Shown piece after piece: positions 18,857 through 28,542 of a DNA stretch of 64,000 bases. Within the stretch, counting starts at the first letter, position 1. The number at the start of each line of letters is the position of its first letter. The notes under the pieces are model-generated. The model was not told the DNA's origin and made no database searches. It worked only from the letters and a program-made list of their open reading frames with translations. Source of the DNA: a virus. The stretch covers positions 1-64,000 of the IMG/VR virus record IMGVR_UViG_3300007540_000013; one strand, 5' to 3'. Both the position numbers and the translations under genes were made by a program.

Positions 18857-19589
18857 GAATATTATATTTTTAATTAACATCGTACACGACGATAGGAGTA
18901 AGAATCAAGGGTACGAATGGTCTATAAAGAGCTGGCGTAAGTATGCTGAGAAGTATGGGCATGAGGTCTTTGTACTAGACAAAACTTTATTCGAAGTATC
19001 TTATATGAAACCACAATGGTATAAGATGTACATATTAGACCTCTTAGAAGCGAATGAAGTTGAGTATGATCAGGTATTGTATGTAGATGCAGACACTATA
19101 ATACATCCTAACGCTCCAGATATATTTGACTATACTGAACATAAATTCTGTGCTGTACGAAATTACGGAGATATGGATTGGGTATTAAGGAGTATGGAAA
19201 ATTATTCTAAGTACATCTTCAACAATTTTAACTTTCCTTTTTATAAGTACTTTAACTCTGGAGTGATGGTATTCAATAAAAAACATAAAGAGTTATTTAA
19301 AAGTATTCAAAATTTCTATCATGCTAATAAAGACTCTATTATAAAAATGCAAAGCACATTTGGAGTAGGTAACGACCAGCCAGTCCTAAACTACTTTGTC
19401 AATAGAGATATTCCGGATGACTATAAAGTACTTCCTTATGAATGGAACATGCAAGACATGACAAGACTAGAAGTATTAACCGAAGACTATCTACATACTA
19501 GATACGGATACATTAGTCATTATAACGCTGGCGTTAAGCCAACTCCTGGGTACTGGATAGAGAAGACATACAGACATTTATACTCATGA
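18849..19589 (+). CDS. Glycosyltransferase GT8-like
   Basis: YVDAD, YFNSGVMV, DQPVLN, LPYEWN. Confidence 0.85.
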   Translation: MSKNIIFLINIVHDDRSKNQGYEWSIKSWRKYAEKYGHEVFVLDKTLFEVSYMKPQWYKMYILDLLEANEVEYDQVLYVDADTIIHPNAPDIFDYTEHKFCAVRNYGDMDWVLRSMENYSKYIFNNFNFPFYKYFNSGVMVFNKKHKELFKSIQNFYHANKDSIIKMQSTFGVGNDQPVLNYFVNRDIPDDYKVLPYEWNMQDMTRLEVLTEDYLHTRYGYISHYNAGVKPTPGYWIEKTYRHLYS

Positions 19590-21073
19590 TAGTATCTCAC
19601 AAGCATAAGTTTATCTTTATTAAGACAAGGAAGACTGCCGGCTCAAGCCTTCAGGTTGCTCTAGCAGAACATTGCGGACCTGATGATATTATCACAGGCC
19701 AGTACAGATTAGGTGTTGACGATAACTCTCATTCAGCAGGACTAAATATGGATAAATTCTGCAGTACTCATCCGCATCCTGAATTAGCACAAGTAAAGTC
19801 ATTTTTAGGAGAAGAAGTTTGGAATAGTTACTTTAAGTTTGCTTTTGTTAGAAATCCTTTTGATATTGCAGTATCAAGGTATCATTGGGACTTAAAAGGA
19901 AAGATGGGCGTACAGGAGACATCTGTAGAAGGTTTCCAAGATTGGGTAAAGAGTGGTAAGTTATTCGATAAAGATAGAGCACATTTATATACTTCTACTA
20001 ACGGGTATGTTGATTTAGATTTTATAGGTTACTACGAAAACTTAGAAGAAGATTTAGATTACATATGTAACGCTATAGGGCTAGATACTCTAAGTCTACC
20101 AAAGCTTAAAAGCGGATACCGCGATAACTCCTCGTATAGTAATTTCTATAACGAAGATACTAAGCAACGCGTAATGCAATTCTATGCAGAAGATTTTAGA
20201 CTGTTTAGGTATAACTTCGAGAATAAAAATATATGTAAGCGTAGAAATATTCTAAGTGTAGGAGATAATTTTATTGAGAATGATAACATAAGTACTCCTT
20301 GTATAATTTATAGAGATAACGAATACAAGATGTACTTTAGTAACCATGAAGGTAGTGTAATAAAACTCGCCACTAGCTCAGCTTTAGAAGGACCTTGGCA
20401 GCAAAAAGGCGCTGTACTTTCCTTACAAGATACTCCTTGTGATACTCATATTGCAAGTCCTGAGGTAGTTGTAAAAGGAGGTAAGTACGTAATGTATTAC
20501 CACGGTGATCAAGATGACACTCAAGGAACTTTTATAGCTGAAAGCTCTAACGGTGTGGACTTTGTTAATACTACATCTAGACCGGTATGTAAATTTTACT
20601 TAAGAGTCTTTGAGTATAAGGGCGTGGAGTACGGTATTGCAAAAGATGGTAATAACGGAGCTATACTTTACAACATAACAGATAATTTTACTCCAATAGC
20701 AAATATACTTCCTAACGCTAGACATTGTCACGCATTAGTTAAAAAGGATAAGCTATATTTAACATATTCAACGATTGGTGATAGTCCGGAACATATTAGA
20801 CTCTGTACATTAGATCTAGGAGATACTTTTGAAGATTGGGAAGTAATCTCAGATGAAGCTTTAATCCTTCCGACTTATAAGCACGAAGGAGGTAACTTAC
20901 CTATCGTAAAAACACAACCAGGTTCATCGACTCGAAGATACGGACGACCAGTAGCTGAGTTAAGAGATCCTTTTATGTTTGAAGTTAACGGAAAAGTTCA
21001 TATATTATATGTTACAAGAGGTGAGAGTAGTATTGCTTACGCTCGCTGTATAAATTATTTTAATGAAGACTAA
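19586..21073 (+). CDS. Sulfotransferase (family 2) fused to beta-propeller glycoside-hydrolase-like domain
   Basis: FIFIKTRKTAGSS, FAFVRNPFD..VS.Y, DFIGYYENL; C-half HIASPEV, ARH, LRDPF. Confidence 0.75.
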   Translation: MIVSHKHKFIFIKTRKTAGSSLQVALAEHCGPDDIITGQYRLGVDDNSHSAGLNMDKFCSTHPHPELAQVKSFLGEEVWNSYFKFAFVRNPFDIAVSRYHWDLKGKMGVQETSVEGFQDWVKSGKLFDKDRAHLYTSTNGYVDLDFIGYYENLEEDLDYICNAIGLDTLSLPKLKSGYRDNSSYSNFYNEDTKQRVMQFYAEDFRLFRYNFENKNICKRRNILSVGDNFIENDNISTPCIIYRDNEYKMYFSNHEGSVIKLATSSALEGPWQQKGAVLSLQDTPCDTHIASPEVVVKGGKYVMYYHGDQDDTQGTFIAESSNGVDFVNTTSRPVCKFYLRVFEYKGVEYGIAKDGNNGAILYNITDNFTPIANILPNARHCHALVKKDKLYLTYSTIGDSPEHIRLCTLDLGDTFEDWEVISDEALILPTYKHEGGNLPIVKTQPGSSTRRYGRPVAELRDPFMFEVNGKVHILYVTRGESSIAYARCINYFNED

Positions 21074-22010
21074 ATTTGCAATAGGTTGCTTAGCGCAATG
21101 GTATGAGATTGAGATATTATCTGAGTACATTGATACGTTAATCGCAGCAATAGATAGATACGGAAAAGAGAATGTACATATTGATTTAACTTTATGTACC
21201 AATCAAGAGTTAGAGCGCATTGAAGAAGAGAGTAAGATGTTAGACATCTTACATGACTTCTACATTCAGACAAATAAACTAAAAGGATATAACATACATA
21301 CAGTCATAACAGATAAGTTAATCACGATAGCAGATTACAGACGGACTTTTAACGAAACTTATTGCGATGATGTAGATGTACTGATGTGGGGTGAGACTGA
21401 TCTATTAGTCCCTCAACAAGCTTTTGAAGTACTAGACGGTCTTCATAAAGTAACTCCGACTCCTAAGTATGTCGCTACTTTTGGTATATGTAAGATGTGG
21501 GACGATACCTGGAAACCTTTAGAGCATCCAGACTTTACAGATAAACCTTTTATTGAGAATGATTATGATAATTGGTGGTCTTTAAAGTATACCATGACCG
21601 AAAAAGAGATGAACGCTATCAACTCTAAAACTACACAACCAGAAGTATTAACTTTACCTCGACATAAGTTTAACGGATGTGGTTTAGTAATATCTTCAGA
21701 GGTGATTAGGGCAGGAGTGAACATACCTAAGTCAGTATTCTTCGTACATGAAGATACTGCTTTTATGATAATGACTCAAAAGGTGTTAGGTAATATTCCA
21801 CAGTATGTTATACGTAATATATTAAACGTACACAATAGAAATCATCCTAGTAAGAGGATGTATATAAAAGGTGAAAGCGGCGACACTCTAAATCAAAAAA
21901 GACGAAGTAACGACTGGTATGTAAAAGCGAACAAGTACTCAGAAGAAAATTGTTACAATCTTTTTAATCCTAATTACAAATCAAAGACATGGAAGGACGT
22001 ATGGAGATAG
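21063..22010 (+). CDS. GT-A-like protein
   Basis: Context; WGETD, FFVHED. Confidence 0.5.
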   Translation: MKTKFAIGCLAQWYEIEILSEYIDTLIAAIDRYGKENVHIDLTLCTNQELERIEEESKMLDILHDFYIQTNKLKGYNIHTVITDKLITIADYRRTFNETYCDDVDVLMWGETDLLVPQQAFEVLDGLHKVTPTPKYVATFGICKMWDDTWKPLEHPDFTDKPFIENDYDNWWSLKYTMTEKEMNAINSKTTQPEVLTLPRHKFNGCGLVISSEVIRAGVNIPKSVFFVHEDTAFMIMTQKVLGNIPQYVIRNILNVHNRNHPSKRMYIKGESGDTLNQKRRSNDWYVKANKYSEENCYNLFNPNYKSKTWKDVWR

Positions 22011-22900
22011 CATTCTTTACAGAGATGGGCTTTAATGGAAAAATTCCTCGTACTCATTCTAATATGAGAACAGAATTTGCTTGGATGGTAGCTTTAGATG
22101 CAGATCATTATAATCTTAATCAGACTCCTACTAAACAGTATGACTTAGGTATAGCTATAAACTCCAAGAATAATCCTGATCATGTTAACGTAGCTCAATA
22201 TAAGACTAAATGTAAGCAAGTAGCAGTAATGCAAGAAGGTCCGTTTTGGTACTTCCAGGACTACCCGCTAGCTAACCAGGTACACTATTTTAATAATCTT
22301 ACCTCAGCAGATATAGTATTAGTTCATAACGAACTTGATGCAAAATATTTTAAAGGATTAACAAATCATCCTGATGTACGGGTGCTTAGGTCCCTAATGA
22401 TTGAAGATCCGATTAAGGAAATAACTTCTATAGAGCAAAGAACCGGAGTGATGATAGGAGGTAATTTCAAGAGCTGGTACGGAGGTTTTGATTCTTTTAT
22501 GCTAGCAAAAAGCGTTACTGATGAAATATATTCTCCACAGATGGGTCGTCGTCAAGAAGGAGAAGAGCAATTAGGTATTCAACAACTACCTTATTTAGAA
22601 TGGAATCAATGGATATCAGAATTAAGTAAGAGGAAGATTGGTATTCATATGATGAGAACTCATGCAGCAGGCACCTTTGCTATGAACTGTGCGTACTTAG
22701 GTATACCTTGTATAGGTTACGAAGGACTAGACACTCAGAGAATATTACATCCCAACCTGACAGTGAAAGACGGAGACTTAGATACAGCAAGAAAATTAAT
22801 TAAGAAGTTGTATAACGACGAAGAATTTCTTATATTATGTAGTCAACAAGCAAGAGAGATGTATTCAAAGTATTATCACGAAAGTAAATTCACCTTATGA
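22001..22900 (+). CDS. Glycosyltransferase GT-B-like
   Basis: AAGTFAMNCAYLGIPCIG; start likely MEIAFF. Confidence 0.65.
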   Translation: MEIAFFTEMGFNGKIPRTHSNMRTEFAWMVALDADHYNLNQTPTKQYDLGIAINSKNNPDHVNVAQYKTKCKQVAVMQEGPFWYFQDYPLANQVHYFNNLTSADIVLVHNELDAKYFKGLTNHPDVRVLRSLMIEDPIKEITSIEQRTGVMIGGNFKSWYGGFDSFMLAKSVTDEIYSPQMGRRQEGEEQLGIQQLPYLEWNQWISELSKRKIGIHMMRTHAAGTFAMNCAYLGIPCIGYEGLDTQRILHPNLTVKDGDLDTARKLIKKLYNDEEFLILCSQQAREMYSKYYHESKFTL

Positions 22901-23661
22901 AAATACAGTTTATCGTAGTAGGATGGCATATGAATCAGCCGTCCCTAATAGAAGGATTAGCTACTCTTCAAAAAAACAACCCCAAAACAGTAGATGTGTT
23001 TTGGTCTTGTCATCGTGAACCTACTCAAGAAATTCAAGAAAAATTTAAATGTAAACTTTTTCACAATGGCGGAGAAGAGTGCGGAGCTTACGATCAAGCA
23101 ATCGATTATTTAAATTTATCGGAAGATACTGTATGTTTTTTCTTGCATGATGATATTATAATAAAAGATTGGAATTTTATTAATGTCTGCATTGATTTAC
23201 TAAGCAAAGGAGCGAAAGTAGTAGGGAACTGTTTAGATTACCCTGATAATTTTGATCCGTTTAAGTCCTACGATACAGGTATTACAGAAGAGTTTGATGG
23301 AAAACAGTTTATAGATTACGTTAAACCGGAAAATCGCCACCTGTTCACTGAGCAGCTTTTTATTAAGAAAGTACGTCCATCTTTTATTTGTATGACATAT
23401 CAAAGTGTTGCACAAATAGGCGGATTTGAACCTAGAAAAGAGGCATTAATTCCCCCAACAGTTACTGATGGCAGAGTTCATTACCGTGGTTCAAAAGGAC
23501 TAGGAAAGTACGGTAATCTTTTCCCTGCTCTAGTATGCTATAAAATGAACAAGGTACTAGGCTCAAATAATATAGCCTATTTAAGTAATAGATATCTAGA
23601 TTCTCCCTTTGTATACGAACTAGGAAGAGGTGAATTCGATCCTAATAATCCTATGACATGA
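22897..23661 (+). CDS. Glycosyltransferase family 2-like
   Basis: FFLHDD, IGGFE. Confidence 0.6.
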   Translation: MKIQFIVVGWHMNQPSLIEGLATLQKNNPKTVDVFWSCHREPTQEIQEKFKCKLFHNGGEECGAYDQAIDYLNLSEDTVCFFLHDDIIIKDWNFINVCIDLLSKGAKVVGNCLDYPDNFDPFKSYDTGITEEFDGKQFIDYVKPENRHLFTEQLFIKKVRPSFICMTYQSVAQIGGFEPRKEALIPPTVTDGRVHYRGSKGLGKYGNLFPALVCYKMNKVLGSNNIAYLSNRYLDSPFVYELGRGEFDPNNPMT

Positions 23662-23867
23662 AAAATTTAAAATCGACAGTAAACGATCAAGGTAAAAAAG
23701 TTACTCAAATTATACACTTTGTAGGTGGTTCAAAGCGTACCTATCATGGGATATTGCCGGAAAGTATAAAGCAAGGTCAATTCACTAAGATGAAATGTGC
23801 TGATGGTACTATGCTTATGATAAATGATGAGAATGTTTTATGTATTGAAATTTTTAAAGAAGATTAA
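23658..23867 (+). CDS. Hypothetical protein
   Basis: Translationally coupled ORF. Confidence 0.65.
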   Translation: MKNLKSTVNDQGKKVTQIIHFVGGSKRTYHGILPESIKQGQFTKMKCADGTMLMINDENVLCIEIFKED

Positions 23868-23868
23868 A

Positions 23869-25026
23869 ATGGAACTAAGAAAAGAAATGCTACCTGTATT
23901 AAGACCTGTAGGGGGTAAGGAAGAAATTGCAGCACTAACCGAAGTTATTGAAAGTGGTTGGTGGGGAAAAGGTCCAAAAGTAGCAGAATTTGAAAAAAAG
24001 TTTGCGGAACTAGTCGGAGCTAAGTACGCAATAGCAGTCACCAGTAACTCTCACGGTCAAGACCTGGTAATGAAAGCCTTAGATATCCGTGACGGAGACG
24101 TCATCAACCCATCTATTTCCTTTATGGCAACTGCAATGATCCCGTTGTGGCAGCCTAACATAACAACCAATGTAGTGGATGTAGACCCGTATACAATGTG
24201 TATTGATCCAGAGGATGTAAAGAGAGCTTTAACTCCGAATACTAAAGCTGTTATTGCTGTTAACCAAGCAGGGGTACCTGCTCCGATCGATAAAATTAGA
24301 GAGTTTTATGATGGGCTAATTATTGAAGATTGCGCCCACAGCTGTTACACCCCCGGTGCTGGAATGCAAGGAGATATTGCAATATGGTCTTTTCAAGCAG
24401 TTAAGACTATGCCTTGTGGAGACGGCGGTATGATCACACTAAACGACAAGGCACTCTACAACAAATTAAAAGAAATGACATGGTTTGGAGTATCCTCAAC
24501 ATATTCTCGTGTAGCAAAGAACGACAAGGACTCTGTTTCTGGAAAACCTGGTTACACCTGGGACTATGAAGTTGATAAGATAGGTTACAAATGTTACATG
24601 ATTGATATCAATGCTGCAATCTGTCTTGAACAAATGAAGAAGCTAGATACAATCTTGGATCATCGCCGTCTTATCCAGAAAGAATATAACTTGAAACTGC
24701 ATTCAATAGTAGAACGTCCTCCCCATACTGAGACAGTACAGTATTACTGCGCAAAAGTACCTATTGGAGATAGAGATGATCTAATCGACTACTTGGCAGA
24801 TAAGAATATACATACTTCTGTACATTTTAAACCTCTACACACATACGAAATTATTAAAAAACACTTAACACATCCGGATAGAGAACTTCCAGTAGCGGAT
24901 CTGGAATGGCAAAAATTAATATCCTTACCGGTACATCCCGGAATGAGTCAAGAAGATATCGATTACGTTGTGTACTGGGTGAATATGTACTTCGATACAA
25001 AGTACGGAATTGCAAAATATATTTGA
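23869..25026 (+). CDS. DegT/DnrJ/EryC1/StrS PLP-dependent sugar aminotransferase
   Basis: GPKVAEFE, IEDCAH, SFQAVK..GDGG, ISLPVHP. Confidence 0.92.
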   Translation: MELRKEMLPVLRPVGGKEEIAALTEVIESGWWGKGPKVAEFEKKFAELVGAKYAIAVTSNSHGQDLVMKALDIRDGDVINPSISFMATAMIPLWQPNITTNVVDVDPYTMCIDPEDVKRALTPNTKAVIAVNQAGVPAPIDKIREFYDGLIIEDCAHSCYTPGAGMQGDIAIWSFQAVKTMPCGDGGMITLNDKALYNKLKEMTWFGVSSTYSRVAKNDKDSVSGKPGYTWDYEVDKIGYKCYMIDINAAICLEQMKKLDTILDHRRLIQKEYNLKLHSIVERPPHTETVQYYCAKVPIGDRDDLIDYLADKNIHTSVHFKPLHTYEIIKKHLTHPDRELPVADLEWQKLISLPVHPGMSQEDIDYVVYWVNMYFDTKYGIAKYI

Positions 25027-25031
25027 TATAC

Positions 25032-25943
25032 ATGAAAGCATTAGTTACAGGCGGAGCAGGATTCATAGGCTCTAATATTGTAGATAAGTTATTAGAGAGG
25101 GGATATGAAGTTTCGATTATAGATGATCTATCTACAGGGAAGAGATCGAATTTAAATCCTAAAGCAAATCATTACGAAAAATCTTTACATAACACCTCAG
25201 TAGAAGAACTGACAGAGATATTAAAAGATCACGAAGTTGTATATCATACAGCAGCACTAGCACGAGTTCAGCCAAGTATTAAAGATCCGGTAAGGTATAA
25301 TGAAGCAAACGTAACTGCTATTGTACATCTTTTAACTGCTTGTGTCGAAGCAAAAGTTAAAAGAGTAGTGTATAGTGCTTCAAGCTCTGCTTACGGGAAT
25401 GCAAAAGTATTTCCTACCCCGGAGGATGCTCCAACAGATTCGTTATCACCGTACGGTCTACAAAAGTATATTGGAGAGTTATATTGTCGAATGTATAGTA
25501 AGGTTTACGATATTGATACTGTCTGTCTTCGCTACTTCAACATATACGGACCACGAATGAACTTCGAAGGAGCTTATAAGACAGTTATCGGAGTATTTGC
25601 AGAGCAAAAGAAACAAAGTCTCCCTTTAACTATAACGAATGACGGAACACAGAGGAGAGATTTTACTTACGTGAAAGATGTTGTGCGGGCTAATATATTA
25701 GCAGGAGAAAGTAAAGAGAAGTTTGTAGGTGAAGTTTTTAATATAGGAAATGGCGGCAACGTTAGCATCAACGAAGTAGCAGATATGATAGGAGGTACTA
25801 AGTCGTATGGCGAACAACGCTTAGAGCCTTTCGAAACCTTAGCAGACAATAGCAAAGCAAGAAGAGTACTTGGATGGACACCAGAGGGGGACTTAAGTGA
25901 CTTTATCGAGAATGATCTATGGAACTTAGACGAACTGAAATGA
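25032..25943 (+). CDS. NAD-dependent sugar epimerase/dehydratase
   Basis: VTGGAGFIGS, ASSSAYG, SPYGLQK, LRYFNIYGP, RDFTYV. Confidence 0.92.
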   Translation: MKALVTGGAGFIGSNIVDKLLERGYEVSIIDDLSTGKRSNLNPKANHYEKSLHNTSVEELTEILKDHEVVYHTAALARVQPSIKDPVRYNEANVTAIVHLLTACVEAKVKRVVYSASSSAYGNAKVFPTPEDAPTDSLSPYGLQKYIGELYCRMYSKVYDIDTVCLRYFNIYGPRMNFEGAYKTVIGVFAEQKKQSLPLTITNDGTQRRDFTYVKDVVRANILAGESKEKFVGEVFNIGNGGNVSINEVADMIGGTKSYGEQRLEPFETLADNSKARRVLGWTPEGDLSDFIENDLWNLDELK

Positions 25944-27097
25944 AAATAACATTCGTTATTCCTTCAAGGAACAATTTAGAATTCTTACAACTAGCTTACC
26001 GCTCAATTCGCAGGTTAGGTACTACACATGAGGTATTAGTATTGAATGATGCAAGTACAGATGGTACCGCCGAATGGATAGAGGCTCAAGAGGATGAGGA
26101 TCTAATTGTATATCACAATCCAGGACCAGAGCGTATTGGTATTGTAGGAATGTTCGATAAAGGTATTGAGATGGCTCGTACTGATATCATTATGGCATTC
26201 CATGCTGATATGGTAGTGTGTAAGGATTTTGATACAAATATACTCAAACATCTTCAAAGAGGTAAGGTAGTATCAGCTACAAGAGTTGAGCCACCACTAC
26301 ATCCAGATGGTCCAGAGAAGCTATTGAGAAACTTTGGTATTGAAGTTGATGAGTTTAAGATGGATGTTTGGTTAGACCAAGCAGAAGGATTAAAAGAAGA
26401 TAAAGTTACTGAAGGTACCTTTGCACCATGGTGTATGTATAGAGAAGACTTCCTAGCCATTGGAGGTCATGATGAATTGTTTGCCCCTCAGTCTAAAGAA
26501 GATTCTGATTTGTTTAATAGGTTTGTGTTAAATGGTTACCAACTTATACAAAGCTGGGATGCGTTGGTATATCACTTTACGTCTAGAGGTTCACGATTCA
26601 ATAAGCATGCAGGTGGAGCAGCAGGACAGAACTCTCAAGAGTGGTTGTATACTACAACTAAGAATATGAGAAATTTTATTCGTAAGTGGGGTACAGTTGT
26701 ACTTCATGATGCATTAATGAAACCGATAGTACCTCCTAAGTATGATATAGCTTTTAGAGTAACTAATCCAAGTCTAGATTTGTTACATGCTTTAGAGCCT
26801 TGGTGTAGTTATATTCATGTAGGCGCTGATAATGAAGAGCTGGTTGAGAAGTACATTCAACAAGAGCAACCTAACACTATAATTGATCTACAGAATAGAA
26901 TAAATGTTTACGATGGTGACAGCGAGATTACTATTTATATAAACGGAAACACGTTTACACAAGAAGATTATCAAGTTATTCAACAGTTGAGCGAGATTAT
27001 TCAACATAGTGGTTCAGTCGGAAAGTTTGCTTTAGGTAACTTGGAAATCTCTATTCAAGAGATGAATGAATATCAAAATGATTTAATCCACATTTAA
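25940..27097 (+). CDS. Glycosyltransferase family 2
   Basis: FVIPSRN, NDASTDGT, HADM, IGGHD..F...EDSD. Confidence 0.9.
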   Translation: MKITFVIPSRNNLEFLQLAYRSIRRLGTTHEVLVLNDASTDGTAEWIEAQEDEDLIVYHNPGPERIGIVGMFDKGIEMARTDIIMAFHADMVVCKDFDTNILKHLQRGKVVSATRVEPPLHPDGPEKLLRNFGIEVDEFKMDVWLDQAEGLKEDKVTEGTFAPWCMYREDFLAIGGHDELFAPQSKEDSDLFNRFVLNGYQLIQSWDALVYHFTSRGSRFNKHAGGAAGQNSQEWLYTTTKNMRNFIRKWGTVVLHDALMKPIVPPKYDIAFRVTNPSLDLLHALEPWCSYIHVGADNEELVEKYIQQEQPNTIIDLQNRINVYDGDSEITIYINGNTFTQEDYQVIQQLSEIIQHSGSVGKFALGNLEISIQEMNEYQNDLIHI

Positions 27098-27099
27098 TT

Positions 27100-27231
27100 A
27101 TGGGAAAGATTAACCTTAATGATTTAGAAGACTACGAAGAGGACTATGTACCTTATGAACCTATTAAGAAAAAGAAGAAGAAAGTAACTCCTATTTATAA
27201 TAAAGATTTTCCGGACGAGTTGGATAACTAA
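27100..27231 (+). CDS. 43-aa acidic/poly-Lys peptide
   Basis: MGKINLNDLEDYEEDYVPYEPIKKKKKK... Confidence 0.45.
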   Translation: MGKINLNDLEDYEEDYVPYEPIKKKKKKVTPIYNKDFPDELDN

Positions 27232-27250
27232 CCTTTTGTTCGTATATTTA
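27191..27250 (+). promoter_or_regulatory. Tandem late motif (CTATTTATA 27191) and early promoter (TTG 27220-N20-TATATTTA)
   Basis: Both motifs present directly upstream of 27258. Confidence 0.6.
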
Positions 27251-27257
27251 GATCAAT

Positions 27258-27608
27258 ATGAAAGAGCAATTATTAGAAACAGTTAAAGAGGTTCTCAACG
27301 AAGCTACTAAAGTAAACTTTAAAGGACATAAGTTTATACTCAGAGTAGATGTAAATGAGGACCCTAACAAGAAAGGTATTAAGGTTCAATTCCTACCAAC
27401 TACCTTCGGAGCTATGTCCCCTCAAGAGCAGAACGATATCGCTATCGCTTTAGGAGACAAACTAGACTCAGGTCTAAACCGATTTGGTATGCGAGTAGAG
27501 AGAGACCGTAATTTAAAAGATAAGAGCGTTGTAGGCTTCTTTATCTACATTGAATACATCGATAAGATTATTCGCCAAGCGTTAGGTCAATCTCAAGAAG
27601 AACTTTAA
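27258..27608 (+). CDS. Hypothetical protein (possible head-internal protein)
   Basis: N-terminal LLE...VLNE. Confidence 0.7.
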   Translation: MKEQLLETVKEVLNEATKVNFKGHKFILRVDVNEDPNKKGIKVQFLPTTFGAMSPQEQNDIAIALGDKLDSGLNRFGMRVERDRNLKDKSVVGFFIYIEYIDKIIRQALGQSQEEL

Positions 27609-27614
27609 AAGGTT

Positions 27615-27788
27615 ATGGAAAAATACAAATGTTATAATACTTCTGATACTAATCAGGAGACTGTGTCTATAGTAGAAGCTGAAAATATACACGCTGCAAT
27701 TAATTATTTTGCAGCACAGAAAAAGTTGTCTGTTGAGAATTTTCTTCGTATATTTAGTGTCAGCGAATGGAAACAAAAGAATACATAA
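27615..27788 (+). CDS. 57-aa hypothetical protein
   Basis: aaggttATG start; contains an embedded promoter at 27726-27756. Confidence 0.6.
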   Translation: MEKYKCYNTSDTNQETVSIVEAENIHAAINYFAAQKKLSVENFLRIFSVSEWKQKNT

Positions 27789-28168
27789 GAGACGTTTTAA
27801 CAGATGATCTACCTCTATCTTTTAGAGTTAAGACATTATCTAAGCCAATCGAAGAAGTGAAGAAGAAGACTTTTGTGGAAGTTATCAATCTCTTGAGAGA
27901 GATAAATGACCGAACAGATTTCATGGCTACAGAGTTAGGAATGGATGTAGTCGGGTATGATGATAAGTTCTTTCAAGCTATCGAAGGCTTATTAAAGATA
28001 GCTTTTAATAAGAAGCAAGTACTACTTATTGAAATGTACCTAAACGATATTCCGATGATGAAAGAAAACTGGGATGGTACTATTACAGTTCAGATAAAAG
28101 AAGAAGAAATACAGATAGCTTTCGAGACACCATTAGATGTCTGGAATGCTATTCAAAGATTTAATTAA
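27767..28168 (+). CDS. Hypothetical protein
   Basis: ORF downstream of promoter at 27726. Confidence 0.7.
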   Translation: METKEYIRDVLTDDLPLSFRVKTLSKPIEEVKKKTFVEVINLLREINDRTDFMATELGMDVVGYDDKFFQAIEGLLKIAFNKKQVLLIEMYLNDIPMMKENWDGTITVQIKEEEIQIAFETPLDVWNAIQRFN

Positions 28169-28173
28169 GTTAT

Positions 28174-28542
28174 ATGATAAAGAGGTTTTGTAAGGTGTGT
28201 GGTGAACAGATTCACCCCATGCGATTAAAAGTACTGCCGACCGCAGTCACTTGTGTAGAGCATTCCACTACAGGTCAGAAGAGAGCTCGAACTCTCTCAT
28301 TAGGTCAAGGAGATCATAATTATAATGAGATCGAGATCTTAGACGAAAAAGTATACCGTCAGGTAGTAGCAGTTGAATATGGAGAGCGATCTCCACTAGA
28401 TGATCTAATTGAAGCTCAAGACTACGAAGCTGAAGCAGTATCGGATAAATCCGGAAGCTTACAGAAGAGAGCACGTCTAATCGAAAACGATGAAGATGAA
28501 GGTTACGTACTCCCAGATGATTACGATCATAACGAACTATAA
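28174..28542 (+). CDS. DksA/TraR-type zinc finger protein with acidic tail
   Basis: CKVCGEQIHPMRLKVLPTAVTCVEHS. Confidence 0.7.
   Translation: MIKRFCKVCGEQIHPMRLKVLPTAVTCVEHSTTGQKRARTLSLGQGDHNYNEIEILDEKVYRQVVAVEYGERSPLDDLIEAQDYEAEAVSDKSGSLQKRARLIENDEDEGYVLPDDYDHNEL

Noticed and set aside
7237-27097. Bacterial O-antigen/capsule locus (host contamination)
   Set aside because: No wzx/wzy/wza/ABC exporter; seamless with phage genes, with the same composition and promoter motifs.
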